Assembly: GCA_037444445.1 (NCBI GenBank)
Contig: JBBIMK010000016.1
Coordinates: 1-32,000, forward strand
Length of the DNA: 32,000 nt
Source: a bacterium
Lineage (GTDB): Bacteria; UBP7; UBA6624; JBBIMK01
Reading direction: 5' to 3'
The notes beneath the pieces are model-generated. The model worked only from the letters and a program-made list of their open reading frames with translations, did no database searches and had not been told where the DNA came from. Positions 15,770-27,067 of this stretch are shown one piece after another. Made by a program: the position numbers and the translations under genes. Every line of letters begins with the position of its first letter. The stretch's first letter is position 1.

Positions 15770-17014
15770 CTATTCGTAGCGCAGGGCCTGAATGGGGTCC
15801 AGGAAAGCAGCCCGAAGGGCAGGCCAGAGTCCGAAAACGATTCCCACAAACACCGCCACCAGGCTTCCTGCTATTACCGCAGTAAGCGAGAAAATAGGGG
15901 TGCCCAAATGAGGTGTAAGAGCCTTGATGCTGCCGATGCCACGAATCCCGCCCCAGGCCAGGAAAATCCCGACAGTCGCTCCCACCAGGCAAAGCACCAC
16001 CGCTTCCACGAGAAATTGCAATAAAATATCTCTTCGCTTGGCCCCTATAGCCTTTCGGAGCCCGATTTCCTTCGTCCGTTCTGTCACGGTCATAAGCATA
16101 ATATTCATAATTCCGATGCCACCGGTAAGAAGGGAGATCAGGGCGAGGGTTCCAAAAACAAAATTAAAACTCACCAGGATGGCTCTTACCTTTTTCACCA
16201 CTTCCCCCATGCTTTCAATTTGAAAATCATCCTCCTGGGAGGGCAAAAGATTATGCTGTCTGCGTAAAATGTAGCGTATCTGGTCTTCCGCATCATCAAT
16301 GGCGTCAAAACTTACGGCTTCCACATTCAGGGAATGGTACCAGTCTATATTGAGGAATTTCTCCTGTGCCGTTGTTAAGGGGATGTGAATAAAATTATCG
16401 TAGTCTTCAAAAGACCCCTGTCTCCCCTTTTTTTGAAGAACGCCGATGACACGGAAAGTGATACCGTCCAATTTCATATCTTCACCAACGGGGTTTTTCT
16501 GACGAAAAATCTTCCGGTAGATGTCATAGCCAATAACGGCCACGCGTTCATTGCCCGTAAGGTCAGTCGGATTCAAATAACGCCCCAGCCCCTTTTCAAC
16601 GGTATAGTTACGAACATGGGCGTATTCGGGAGTGACCCCGAGCAGCCGGGTCCACTGGCCATAACTCTTGTATTTCACATATACCCAGGATGGAGAGACC
16701 TGTGGGGCAATTTGGCGGACGGAAGGGGCGCCTCGTAGAATCGCCTGCACATCTTCTTCGCGCAGGTGTCGGGGCTTTTTGAAGGCTTGAATTAAACGCC
16801 CCGTTTCCGGTGTCCCCTCTCGGACGAATAACAGGTTTGACCCCATTTCCAGGAATTCATCGGCCACCAGTTTTCTGAGCCCACCTGCGATGCCAATCAT
16901 CACCACCACAGAGAAGATACCCATAATAATCCCGGTTAAAGTCAGAAAACTCCGGAGTTTGTTACCCCAGATGGTTCTCATCGCAATTTTGAAGTTATCC
17001 AGGATTGCGGGCAT
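15770..17014 (-). CDS. ABC transporter permease, MacB/FtsX family (permease 2 of 2)
   Basis: The real start is ATG 17014, giving MPAILDNFKIAMRTIWGNKLRSFLTLTGIIMGIFSVV. It overlaps the stop of the upstream permease (TAATG). It has a large periplasmic domain, then an FtsX-type C-terminal bundle ending LDPIQALRYE. The 62-aa N-terminal extension in the ORF track lies inside the upstream gene. Confidence 0.85.
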   Translation of the reverse strand: MPAILDNFKIAMRTIWGNKLRSFLTLTGIIMGIFSVVVMIGIAGGLRKLVADEFLEMGSNLLFVREGTPETGRLIQAFKKPRHLREEDVQAILRGAPSVRQIAPQVSPSWVYVKYKSYGQWTRLLGVTPEYAHVRNYTVEKGLGRYLNPTDLTGNERVAVIGYDIYRKIFRQKNPVGEDMKLDGITFRVIGVLQKKGRQGSFEDYDNFIHIPLTTAQEKFLNIDWYHSLNVEAVSFDAIDDAEDQIRYILRRQHNLLPSQEDDFQIESMGEVVKKVRAILVSFNFVFGTLALISLLTGGIGIMNIMLMTVTERTKEIGLRKAIGAKRRDILLQFLVEAVVLCLVGATVGIFLAWGGIRGIGSIKALTPHLGTPIFSLTAVIAGSLVAVFVGIVFGLWPALRAAFLDPIQALRYE

Positions 17015-18255
17015 TATTCGTAGCGCAGGGCCTGGATGGGGTCCAGACGCGCGGCACGCATCGCTGGCCAGAGCCCAAAGAAAACTCCCACCATGGTAGC
17101 CACCACCACAGCAAGGACAACCGCTTGAATGGAGAAAGTTGGGGTTCCCATGGCTTTTGTAAATGCTTCCAGATTGGATATCCCCCGAATTCCACCCCAT
17201 GCCAGGAGAATGCCAATGCCTGCTCCGAAGAGGCAGAGCACTACTGCTTCTACAAGGAATTGAAGCAGGATATTCCGGCGTTTGGCACCCACGGCTTTCC
17301 TTACCCCGATTTCCCTCGTCCGCTCTGTCACCGTGACCAGCATGATATTCATAATTCCAATCCCGCCCGTGAGAAGAGAAATAAATGCAAGGATGCCAAA
17401 AACGGCGTTAAAACTCACCAGAATGGCATTCACCCGTGAAATGATTTCGTTCATAGAAAAGATGGAGAAATCGTCTTTCTCGGCACCCGATAGAACATGC
17501 TGACGCCGCAGGATATACCGAATTTGCTCCTCCGCCCTGTTCATCCCCTCAAAACTTCTGGCTTCCACATTCAGGAAATGGTAGAAATGAATTTCCAGGA
17601 ATCTCTGCTGGGCAGTGGTGACCGGGATGAGAACCACATTATCGGCGGCAGAAAAGGCATCCTGGTCCCCTTTTTCTGCGAGAACACCAATCACCTTAAA
17701 GGAAACGCCGTTAATCTTCAAGTCCTCCCCCACCGGATTTCTCCCCCGAAAAAGTTTCTCATAAACTTTCCTGCCGATAACGGCAACCCGGGCTTTGCCT
17801 GCTACATCGGAATCCGTGAGGAAACGTCCCATCCCCCTCTGAACAGGAAAAGAGCGAACAAACTCAAATTCCGGCGTTACACCCCGAACTTCCACATTCA
17901 TTCCATAACTTTCCTTTTTGAGGGTGGCGGGGAAATCTACCTCGGGAGCAATGCGCCGCACTTCAGTGGCTTCCCGAAGAATCGCCTGCACATCCTCCTC
18001 ATCAATGTGCCTGGGTGTTCTTTTGAGTTCAAGGGTTTGCCCTGTAGATTCACCTCCTTCGTAAACGAAAAGCAAGTTAGCACCCAGTTCTTGAAATTGT
18101 TTCGCCACATGCCCCTGAAGTCCCGCTCCAATTCCCACCATCACCACGACGGAGAAAATGCCAAAGATAATTCCTAATAATGTGAGAAAACTTCGGAGTT
18201 TATTGGAGACAATAGCCCGGAGGGCTATTCGTGCATCTTCACGGAGTTGCCACAT
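17014..18255 (-). CDS. ABC transporter permease, MacB/FtsX family (permease 1 of 2)
   Basis: 413 aa. IALRAIVSNKLRSFLTLLGIIFGIFSVVVMVGIGAG, a periplasmic domain, and TERTREIGVRKAVGAKRRNILLQFLVEAVVL are typical of MacB. It is a paralogue of the downstream permease with the same C-terminus LDPIQALRYE. Confidence 0.88.
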   Translation of the reverse strand: MWQLREDARIALRAIVSNKLRSFLTLLGIIFGIFSVVVMVGIGAGLQGHVAKQFQELGANLLFVYEGGESTGQTLELKRTPRHIDEEDVQAILREATEVRRIAPEVDFPATLKKESYGMNVEVRGVTPEFEFVRSFPVQRGMGRFLTDSDVAGKARVAVIGRKVYEKLFRGRNPVGEDLKINGVSFKVIGVLAEKGDQDAFSAADNVVLIPVTTAQQRFLEIHFYHFLNVEARSFEGMNRAEEQIRYILRRQHVLSGAEKDDFSIFSMNEIISRVNAILVSFNAVFGILAFISLLTGGIGIMNIMLVTVTERTREIGVRKAVGAKRRNILLQFLVEAVVLCLFGAGIGILLAWGGIRGISNLEAFTKAMGTPTFSIQAVVLAVVVATMVGVFFGLWPAMRAARLDPIQALRYE

Positions 18256-19003
18256 TCTCCTTCAGTTTTGCCTGTTCCCGGAGTTTCGCCAGTTGTTCCT
18301 CGGCGATGAGAGGATGTAGAACAGGCTCATCACCCACCAGGCGTCCATCCCGGAAGCGGAGAATCCGCTGGGTATGTCGTGCCAAATCCTCTTCATGGGT
18401 AACCAGAATAATGGTCATTCCGCGTTCCCGATTCAGGCGTTGAAAAGTCAGCATGATTTCTTCTCCAGTCAAAGTATCCAGATTTCCAGTAGGCTCATCC
18501 GCGAGAATCAGCATCGGGTCGCGAACCAGAGCCCTTGCAATCGCCACACGCTGTTGCTCCCCTCCAGACAGTTCCGTGGGTAAGTGCTTCCAGCGGGCGC
18601 CCAATCCCACCCACTCCAGAACCTCCATGGCTTTCCGCCGAGGGTTCACCCGATGGTTTCTTCCCCCATACAGCGTCGGCAGCAACACATTTTCCAGTGC
18701 CGAAGTCCGACGAAGCAGATTAAAATTCTGAAAGACGAATCCCACTTTTGAATTCCGAATATCTGCCAGCTGATTATCCGTTAGTCGGGAAACATCCTGA
18801 CCCTGCAGATAGTATTTACCCCGGGTGGGTTTATCCAGACAGCCGAGGAGGTTCAAGAATGTGGATTTTCCCGACCCCGAAGGACCCATAATGGAAAGAA
18901 ACTGCCCTTCCGGCACTTCCAGGCTCACTTCATTGAGAGCTAACACTTCCACGGTGCCGGTCCGATAAATCTTCGTTAACCCTTCCGTTCGAATCAGGTT
19001 CAT
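18239..19003 (-). CDS. ABC transporter ATP-binding protein (MacB/LolD-type NBD)
   Basis: Walker [11 protein letters not shown]-loop, signature [15 protein letters not shown], and Walker [14 protein letters not shown]-terminal tail of ~25 aa ([23 protein letters not shown]) extends beyond the usual NBD end. It overlaps the permease start by 17 nt. Confidence 0.92.
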   Translation of the reverse strand: MNLIRTEGLTKIYRTGTVEVLALNEVSLEVPEGQFLSIMGPSGSGKSTFLNLLGCLDKPTRGKYYLQGQDVSRLTDNQLADIRNSKVGFVFQNFNLLRRTSALENVLLPTLYGGRNHRVNPRRKAMEVLEWVGLGARWKHLPTELSGGEQQRVAIARALVRDPMLILADEPTGNLDTLTGEEIMLTFQRLNRERGMTIILVTHEEDLARHTQRILRFRDGRLVGDEPVLHPLIAEEQLAKLREQAKLKENVATP

Positions 19004-19009
19004 ACAGCG

Positions 19010-20260
19010 TTAATCAAAAATAGATTTCTTTTCCTTCGGAGCTTTTGCAAGAATTTCATCGCTTTCGGTTAGCCCCCCTAACACTTCCACATGAACCCCA
19101 TCATCATACCCCGCCTGGATTTCTACCTTTTCTGTTTTCTTCCTCCGGGAAGCCTTTGTAACCTTAAACACATACGCTTTGTCCTTATCGAATTTTACGG
19201 CTTCAACGGGAACGAGAAGGGCGTTGGTATGCTTATCCAGAATAATGTGGGCGTTCGCCGTCATATTCGCCAGCAGTTTCCCTGCCGGGTTCTCCAGTTC
19301 CACTGTGATGCCGAAGGTTACCACCCCACCTTTTTCCACGCCCCGGGGTTCAATCTTTTGAAGATTCCCTACAAACTTTTCCTTCGGATAGGCATCTACG
19401 GTAAGTTCTACGGGTAGACCGGTTTTAATCAAGCCCACATCGGCTTCATCCACCTGCCCTTTGAACTCCATTCTGGACACATCGCCTACGACAAACATCA
19501 CGGTTCCACCGGTGAGGCTCATGGTGGCAGAGGCGACCGCACTTCCCTCTTCCACAAACCGTGCCAGCACAACCCCCTCCATGGGGGAGTAGACGGAAGC
19601 ATTTCGGAGTTCTTCTGCGGCATCATCGCGGACGGCTTTTCCCTGCCGTACCGCCGCTTCCGCTTCTTTCACCTCTTCGGGCAATGGAAGGGATTTTAAC
19701 ACGGAGAGGCTTTTCTCCGACGCTTCCAGGTCCTTCTGTGCCAGGTCACGCTGTGATTTTGCCGTGTCAAATTCTTCCCGGGAAGCGAATCCTTTCTGGT
19801 AAAGCTCTGAAACACGCTGAAAGGTGCGCTCTGCGGCGTCCAGCGCCACACGAGCTCTGGACACCGCCTCTTCCGCTTGCGATAGTTGAAGAGGAGTGGC
19901 ACCGCGCTTCACGCGAGCCAGACTTGCCTCTGCAGCAGACAGGTTCGCTTCCGCCTGCTCCAGACGAGCGGATAACTGCTTCTTATCTAACTCCGCCAGC
20001 AAGTGTCCCTTTTCTACCCATTCTCCCGTTTCCACATAAATCTTTTCTACTATTCCGCTGGCTTTAGATTTTACTTCCACGAACACGAAAGGATTCAAAC
20101 TTCCTGAAGCGAGAACACTTTTGGCTATATCACCCCGCACAGGTTTCAGCGTCTCTTCCTCTTTCTCACCCCCCTTCTTCTTGATGAAGGAATAAACACT
20201 TCCTCCTATAAGGAAAATGAAGAGAACAATCGTGACTGTAATCCAGAGCCACTTTCTCAT
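19010..20260 (-). CDS. Periplasmic adaptor (membrane-fusion protein), MacA/HlyD family
   Basis: 416 aa with an N-terminal TM anchor, lipoyl/barrel-sandwich motifs (VKSKASGIVEKIYVETGEWVEKGHLLAELD), a long coiled-coil hairpin, and beta-barrel and membrane-proximal domains. Confidence 0.88.
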   Translation of the reverse strand: MRKWLWITVTIVLFIFLIGGSVYSFIKKKGGEKEEETLKPVRGDIAKSVLASGSLNPFVFVEVKSKASGIVEKIYVETGEWVEKGHLLAELDKKQLSARLEQAEANLSAAEASLARVKRGATPLQLSQAEEAVSRARVALDAAERTFQRVSELYQKGFASREEFDTAKSQRDLAQKDLEASEKSLSVLKSLPLPEEVKEAEAAVRQGKAVRDDAAEELRNASVYSPMEGVVLARFVEEGSAVASATMSLTGGTVMFVVGDVSRMEFKGQVDEADVGLIKTGLPVELTVDAYPKEKFVGNLQKIEPRGVEKGGVVTFGITVELENPAGKLLANMTANAHIILDKHTNALLVPVEAVKFDKDKAYVFKVTKASRRKKTEKVEIQAGYDDGVHVEVLGGLTESDEILAKAPKEKKSIFD

Positions 20261-20574
20261 CTGGATTCTTTTCCCTTCTTCAAAATTTCTCGCTGGGCGT
20301 GAACCAGAGAAATTTCCGTATCTATTTCCTGCAAATCGCGGAAGAGATCCTCGCCAAGAACTTTCAAAAATTCCGGCGCTTGTCCCTGTTTGAGCAATCC
20401 ATACACGCGGTCACCCAGTTTCGCCAGAGTTTCTCGTTTTTTGGACTCCAGCCCTGAGAGTTTTAGTGAAAGTTCTCCTTTCTTAATGGCGACCTTGGCT
20501 TCCTCAGTGGCTTGCTTCGTGATTTGAGAGGCTTTCTCCCCAATTTTTTGCACCATCTCTTTCCAATCCTTCAT
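20257..20574 (-). CDS. Small coiled-coil protein of unknown function, translationally coupled to the MacA-like gene
   Basis: 105 aa, strongly K/E-rich and helical, with no TM helix or signal peptide. Its stop overlaps the adaptor start (ATGA at 20257-20260). SD AAGGTGAAGAGGAATG. I recognise no family. Confidence 0.55.
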   Translation of the reverse strand: MKDWKEMVQKIGEKASQITKQATEEAKVAIKKGELSLKLSGLESKKRETLAKLGDRVYGLLKQGQAPEFLKVLGEDLFRDLQEIDTEISLVHAQREILKKGKESR

Positions 20575-20663
20575 TCCTCTTCACCTTCTTAATTTTATCG
20601 TAAAAGCCTTAAAACTGGAAATTTCCTTAAAGAATCCCTTTTCTCCTCTTTCGTGGGAAGAGT

Positions 20664-21965
20664 TTATTCCTCTTCACCTTTCAGGAATTTCATGTGCTGT
20701 AAAAACCGGGCGATTCGCTTTTCATATCCCTGGTCAGAGGGTCGGTAATACGATTTTTTCGCGGGTAAATAGGTCTGGCGGACAAAGTGGTGCGGGAAAT
20801 CGTGAGGGTATTGATAATCCACGCCGTGGCCTAATTTTTTGGCCCCCCAGTAATTTGCATCCCGCAGGTGCTTTGGCACTTCAAAGATTTCTCCCTTTTC
20901 AATGTCTTTTTTTGCGCGAATAAGGGCGGAATAGGAGGCATTGCTTTTGGGAGCGGTGGCCAGGTAAACAGTGGCTTGCGCCAGAGGAATCTGCGCCTCG
21001 GGCAAGCCCACGAATTCCACTGCCCAGGCCACGCTGGTGGCCACCTGGATCGCCATAGGGTCTGCGTTCCCGATGTCTTCAGCGGCAAGAATGACCAGCC
21101 GGCGGGCGATAAAGCGAGGCTCCTCTCCACCCACCAGCATCAGCGCCAGCCAGTAGATGGCTGCATCCGGGTCACTCCCCCGAATGCTCTTAATAAAGGC
21201 AGAAATTACATCATAGTGCATATCCCCTGCCATATCGTAGCGGACCTTCGCTTTCTGCGCTACTTCTTCCACATCTTTCAAGGAAAGAACAATCTCCCCA
21301 TCTTTTTTCCGGAATGCTACGGCTGTTTCCAGGATATTCAGGACCCTTCGTGCATCGCCACCACTCAGGTTCAATAAATGTTCTTCTGCTTCGGGCTCAA
21401 AACGGATTTTGAATTTTCCCATCCCTCGCTCTGAATCCTGCAAAGCCCGATGCAGGATGGTCTTCAACTGCTCTCGCGTCAGAGGATTCAGCATAAACAG
21501 CAAACAACGAGAAAGCAGTGGGGAAATCACATCAAAGAAAGGATTTTCAATGGTGGCTCCGATGAGAGTAATCAAGCCCGATTCCACCCAAGGGAGAAGA
21601 GCATCCTGCTGGGCTTTATTGAACCGGTGGATTTCATCAATAAACACGATGGTTTTTTTGCCGGCAAGACGATTTTTCTCCGCCCGCTTCACAGCGGAGC
21701 GAATGTCAGCCACTCCACTGGTGACTGCGTTGATTTGCACAAACTCTGCCTGCGTTTCATGAGCAATGGCTTTCGCAATGGAAGTTTTTCCAGAGCCAGG
21801 TGGTCCGTAAAGAATGATGGAAGGCAGCTGCCCGCACGCCAGGGCGGAGCGAAGCGGTTTGTCATTCCCCACGATATGCTCCTGCCCCACCACTTCCTCT
21901 AAGGTTCGGGGCTTCATCCGCTCCGCCAGCGGTGTATCCTCCGCCTTCTCAAACATCCCCCTCAT
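20664..21965 (-). CDS. rarA: Replication-associated recombination protein A (AAA+ ATPase RarA/MgsA)
   Basis: PLAERMKPRTLEEVVGQEHI, Walker A LYGPPGSGKTS, Walker B IVFIDEIHRFNK, and the MgsA C-terminal helical domain (HYDVISAFIKSIRGSDPDAAIYWLA ... YQYPHDF). Confidence 0.92.
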   Translation of the reverse strand: MRGMFEKAEDTPLAERMKPRTLEEVVGQEHIVGNDKPLRSALACGQLPSIILYGPPGSGKTSIAKAIAHETQAEFVQINAVTSGVADIRSAVKRAEKNRLAGKKTIVFIDEIHRFNKAQQDALLPWVESGLITLIGATIENPFFDVISPLLSRCLLFMLNPLTREQLKTILHRALQDSERGMGKFKIRFEPEAEEHLLNLSGGDARRVLNILETAVAFRKKDGEIVLSLKDVEEVAQKAKVRYDMAGDMHYDVISAFIKSIRGSDPDAAIYWLALMLVGGEEPRFIARRLVILAAEDIGNADPMAIQVATSVAWAVEFVGLPEAQIPLAQATVYLATAPKSNASYSALIRAKKDIEKGEIFEVPKHLRDANYWGAKKLGHGVDYQYPHDFPHHFVRQTYLPAKKSYYRPSDQGYEKRIARFLQHMKFLKGEEE

Positions 21966-22041
21966 ATCACCTAAACCTCTTCAAAGGTTATGAAATTCCT
22001 ATCTTACCATTCGTTTCCGTGAAATTTCCCTCTCATCTTAT

Positions 22042-22437
22042 TTATTCTACCTCAAAAGTAAACTTCTTCCTGGCGGTGTCAAAGCAAACCTTGAAATACT
22101 CCAAAAACCCTTCATGCCCCAGGATATTAAATGGGATGCCTAATTCTTCAGAGAAACTAACCCGAGCAGGAATGCTCAAACCCGCAACTCGTATTTCTAC
22201 GGGATGGAAGTTCGCCACAATCATACCTCCCCCTACCCCGTGAATATAAGTTGAAGGTGCTTCCTTCAAATCAATTCCTAAAATTTCTGCTACTCCTGCG
22301 GAAAAGATAGAATTTGTTGCACCGGTATCCGCCAATGCACTCGTAGGAACGAAATTATTCTTGTATCCAATTTCTATCCCTATAACCGGCAAGAATATTC
22401 CATGGAATTCCCGATAAGGAACTTCCAGTAGTTTCAT
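22042..22437 (-). CDS. Retropepsin-like (clan AA) single-domain aspartic protease
   Basis: 131 aa. The catalytic ALADTGATNS (D-T-G-A) sits at the expected position, with a downstream ILGHEGFLEYF (hydrophobic-hydrophobic-Gly) motif. The size equals one retropepsin monomer. The start overlaps the stop of the upstream ORF by 4 nt. Confidence 0.75.
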   Translation of the reverse strand: MKLLEVPYREFHGIFLPVIGIEIGYKNNFVPTSALADTGATNSIFSAGVAEILGIDLKEAPSTYIHGVGGGMIVANFHPVEIRVAGLSIPARVSFSEELGIPFNILGHEGFLEYFKVCFDTARKKFTFEVE

Positions 22438-22985
22438 CCAGCGATTTGCACTTCTTCACGGCTGGCAGGCACATATTCCACAAGAATGGATTGGATAGGA
22501 TAGTTTTGACTGGCAATCTGATAAGCCTGTTTCATACTATTCCCAACGGCAACAATTTCCCGTGCGACAACGGCAATATATTTGCCGGGGTATTTTTGCT
22601 CTATTTCCTGCCAGTGTTCAGTAAGCCACAGCTGCCGGTCATAAACCTTCCAGGCATCTCTGAGCCTTCTTTCCAGTTCGCGCAGTTGCTGTTCTTGCCA
22701 ATCCGTGTCTCCTGCACCCGCAGGAGAGGGAATTTTGATAACCATCGCTAAACCAGGAGGAATGGGTGAATATGCGACCACAAAACCGCTCTGAAAAGAG
22801 CCGATGGCACCGAGCAGAAAATACCCCCCTCCTTCCTCCTTGCAGAGATACAGCCCTAATTCTATGCCGAAACTTTGGTATTCTGGATGTTTTTCTGGTT
22901 GAAATGGAAGTTCTCGAATCACTTGAACCGCGTCCTGTTTGTGAAACTCCTTATGATATGGGCATTCAATGGAAGAATTCGCCAT
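22434..22985 (-). CDS. Two-domain protein: unknown N-terminal domain plus DUF5678-like C-terminal domain
   Basis: 183 aa. The C-terminal ~65 aa (WQEIEQKYPGKYIAVVAREIVAVGNSMKQAYQIASQNYPIQSILVEYVP) fit the DUF5678 pattern (..Y.GkwVAi.dgkvva.g.s..ea...a...p......+p). I recognise no motif in the N-terminal ~115 aa. Coding potential is supported by the tight coupling to the protease gene. Confidence 0.6.
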   Translation of the reverse strand: MANSSIECPYHKEFHKQDAVQVIRELPFQPEKHPEYQSFGIELGLYLCKEEGGGYFLLGAIGSFQSGFVVAYSPIPPGLAMVIKIPSPAGAGDTDWQEQQLRELERRLRDAWKVYDRQLWLTEHWQEIEQKYPGKYIAVVAREIVAVGNSMKQAYQIASQNYPIQSILVEYVPASREEVQIAG

Positions 22986-23048
22986 GCTTTAATCACCTCG
23001 CCTTTTTGTCCCTTGTTCTACCCACTGCTCTCATTATATCACTCTATA

Positions 23049-23330
23049 TTACGATTTATCTACTGATGTAGTTCGTTCCCTTGCTCTCGCTGCCAGTTTT
23101 AAAGCCTCAGAAGAAGCATTTTGGGAATTCAGGATGGCAACTCTGGACTTTTGAAGTAAGCCTCTATCACCTTTCACAACTGCTCTTTTCAGCCACTCTC
23201 TTTCACCCTTTTTCATTAAAGGTGTGCCCCACTTTATCTTATTCTCCTCTATGGGCTCTCCTTCCTGATGAAGATTTTCTTGGAACCTGTTCATTGCCTT
23301 CATTTTATCACGATGTTCTTTCCCTTCCAC
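23049..23330 (-). CDS. Hypothetical protein (orphan ORF directly downstream of ligA)
   Basis: 93-aa ORF, highly charged. GTG start 5 nt after the ligA stop with no SD; internal ATGs are also possible starts. No recognisable motif, so coding status is uncertain. Confidence 0.3.
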   Translation of the reverse strand: MEGKEHRDKMKAMNRFQENLHQEGEPIEENKIKWGTPLMKKGEREWLKRAVVKGDRGLLQKSRVAILNSQNASSEALKLAARARERTTSVDKS

Positions 23331-23334
23331 TGGA

Positions 23335-25434
<2,100 letters not shown>

Positions 25435-25509
25435 TCAAAATTATATAACAGGAGAAGAAGCCGTCATTTTTCTTCTTTCTCGTGTGGTTTCGTAGTAACC
25501 TCGGGTTTC

Positions 25510-26319
25510 TCAGGAGAGGCGGGAGCGAGCCCAGGCACTGAAGAAATCAAAGAGCGTTACAACGATGCCGATTTCCCAGAGTAGTGTTGCCGCCTGGCGG
25601 TATGCCAGCACATCAATGGATTGTTTCAGGAGGTAACCGATTCCTCCCGCTCCCACCAGCCCGAGAACGGTGGACATGCGAACATTGGCGTCCAGGCGAA
25701 ATAGAATAAATCCCACAAAAGAAGGGAAAACCTGCGGTAGGATGCCGAAAGAAATTTTTTGCACGGGCGAGGCCCCGGTAGCCGTTACGGCCTCCACCAC
25801 TCCCGGGTCTACCTGCTCTATGGCTTCCGAGAACAGTTTCCCAAGCATTCCTATGGAATGCACCACCAGAGCCAGGACGCCCGGAAAAGGTCCGATTCCC
25901 ACTGCCACCACGAATAGAATTGCCAGCACCATAGCATCCAGCGTCCGACAGAGATTGAAAATCCCACGAATCAGTCCGTAGATGCTCCGGGAGAACAGGG
26001 AATCCCCCACCAGGTTTCTGGCAGCAAGGAAGGAAAGAGGAAAAGTTAGAATCACGCCCAGGGTAGTGCCTAAAATTGCCATCATCACTGTTTCCCAAAG
26101 CCCTTTCAGTGCCGTGCTCATCCACTCTTTGGATATATCTGGAGTGAGAAAGGACAGCAGGATTTTCCACAGATTAGGAAGCCCTCTCCACAGGGCTATC
26201 AGGCTGAATTCGGATACCTGAAGCGCATAGGCATAGAATAGAATGACGAGAGCCACCAGCAGGAGAAAGAATGACAAACGCCACGACTCCGGATAGGGCG
26301 AATCTTCAGTTTTCTTCAT
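25510..26319 (-). CDS. phnE: Phosphonate/phosphite ABC transporter permease PhnE
   Basis: 269 aa. IEQVDPGVVEAVTATGASPVQKISFGILPQVFPSFVGFILFRLDANVRMSTVLGLVGAGGIGYLL matches the PhnE consensus. Confidence 0.85.
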   Translation of the reverse strand: MKKTEDSPYPESWRLSFFLLLVALVILFYAYALQVSEFSLIALWRGLPNLWKILLSFLTPDISKEWMSTALKGLWETVMMAILGTTLGVILTFPLSFLAARNLVGDSLFSRSIYGLIRGIFNLCRTLDAMVLAILFVVAVGIGPFPGVLALVVHSIGMLGKLFSEAIEQVDPGVVEAVTATGASPVQKISFGILPQVFPSFVGFILFRLDANVRMSTVLGLVGAGGIGYLLKQSIDVLAYRQAATLLWEIGIVVTLFDFFSAWARSRLS

Positions 26320-27064
26320 GATAAAGAGTCTGAATATCTTTCTCTGTTACTTGCTCGGGAGGCAGGTGAAAGAGGAGATGTCCTTTCCGAATGCCAATGA
26401 GAGAATGGGCAACATCTCTCGCCAGCCTTACATCATGCAGGCTGGCTAAAACAGTGAGATGCTCTTTCACATGAATTTCTTTCAATAAATTCAGGATGCG
26501 CTCTGCGGTCACTGGATCCAGGTTAGATACAGGCTCATCCGCCAGAAGGAGGACGGGGCTTTGCATCAGGGCTCGGGCGATTGCCACTCTCTGCTGTTGT
26601 CCGCCAGAAAGAGATTTTACGGGTTCATGAATCTTTTCCTCCATCCTTACCCGTTGCAGTAGTTCTTCCGCTTTTGCGATGTCAGAAGGCGGGAAAATTC
26701 CGAGGGCGGATGGGAAAGAGGGTAAATATCCCAGCCTTCCCGTGAGGACATTGGTTCTCGCCGTGAGAGGTTTCAGAACATTAAAATTTTGAAAAATCAT
26801 GCCCATTCTTCGCCGAATCTTTCTCATCTTCTTTTCCGGGTAGGAAGTCAGGTCTTCTCCCTCAAACCAGATGTGCCCGCTGGTGGCACGATACAACCCG
26901 TTGATGCACCGGAGGATGGAAGATTTCCCCGCACCGCTGGGCCCTATAAAAACGGCAAATTCCCCGCGCTTCAGTGAAAAGGAGATATCTTTCAGAACCT
27001 GGACTTGCTTGAATTGTAGTGAGAGGTTCTCAACCCGGAGAATTGGGAAGGTGACATCGGACAT
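26306..27064 (-). CDS. phnC: Phosphonate ABC transporter ATP-binding protein PhnC
   Basis: 252 aa with Walker [18 protein letters not shown], signature [15 protein letters not shown], and Walker [14 protein letters not shown]. It lies between phnD and phnE. Confidence 0.88.
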   Translation of the reverse strand: MSDVTFPILRVENLSLQFKQVQVLKDISFSLKRGEFAVFIGPSGAGKSSILRCINGLYRATSGHIWFEGEDLTSYPEKKMRKIRRRMGMIFQNFNVLKPLTARTNVLTGRLGYLPSFPSALGIFPPSDIAKAEELLQRVRMEEKIHEPVKSLSGGQQQRVAIARALMQSPVLLLADEPVSNLDPVTAERILNLLKEIHVKEHLTVLASLHDVRLARDVAHSLIGIRKGHLLFHLPPEQVTEKDIQTLYHEEN

Positions 27065-27067
27065 CTG

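Noticed and set aside
15770-15805. A ~31-nt near-identical segment (ATTCGTAGCGCAGGGCCTGRATGGGGTCCAG) also present at 17015-17045.
   Set aside because: It is explained by the paralogy of the two permease genes, which share the C-terminus LDPIQALRYE. It is not a terminal repeat of an element.
17015-17200. A 62-codon N-terminal extension of the second MacB-type permease ORF.
   Set aside because: It lies entirely inside the 3' end of the first permease gene in another frame. The family-typical N-terminus begins at ATG 17014 (TAATG overlap).
20573-20680. An exact 15-nt direct repeat, ATTCCTCTTCACCTT, at 20573-20587 and 20666-20680, flanking the rarA/miniprotein spacer.
   Set aside because: One copy is the SD and start region of the miniprotein, and the other encodes the rarA C-terminus (KGEEE*). 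One 15-mer match is roughly what chance predicts in a 32-kb window. There are no other mobile-element features.
25440-25500. An imperfect hairpin GAGAAAGAAG-N11-CTTCTTCTC (minus strand), considered as a terminator for the phn operon. An ATGACG-17-TATAAT promoter for ligA lies in the same region.
   Set aside because: The stem has a bulge, is purine/pyrimidine-biased and lacks a proper U-tract. The promoter call is plausible but rests on a weak -35. Neither is strong enough to list as a feature.
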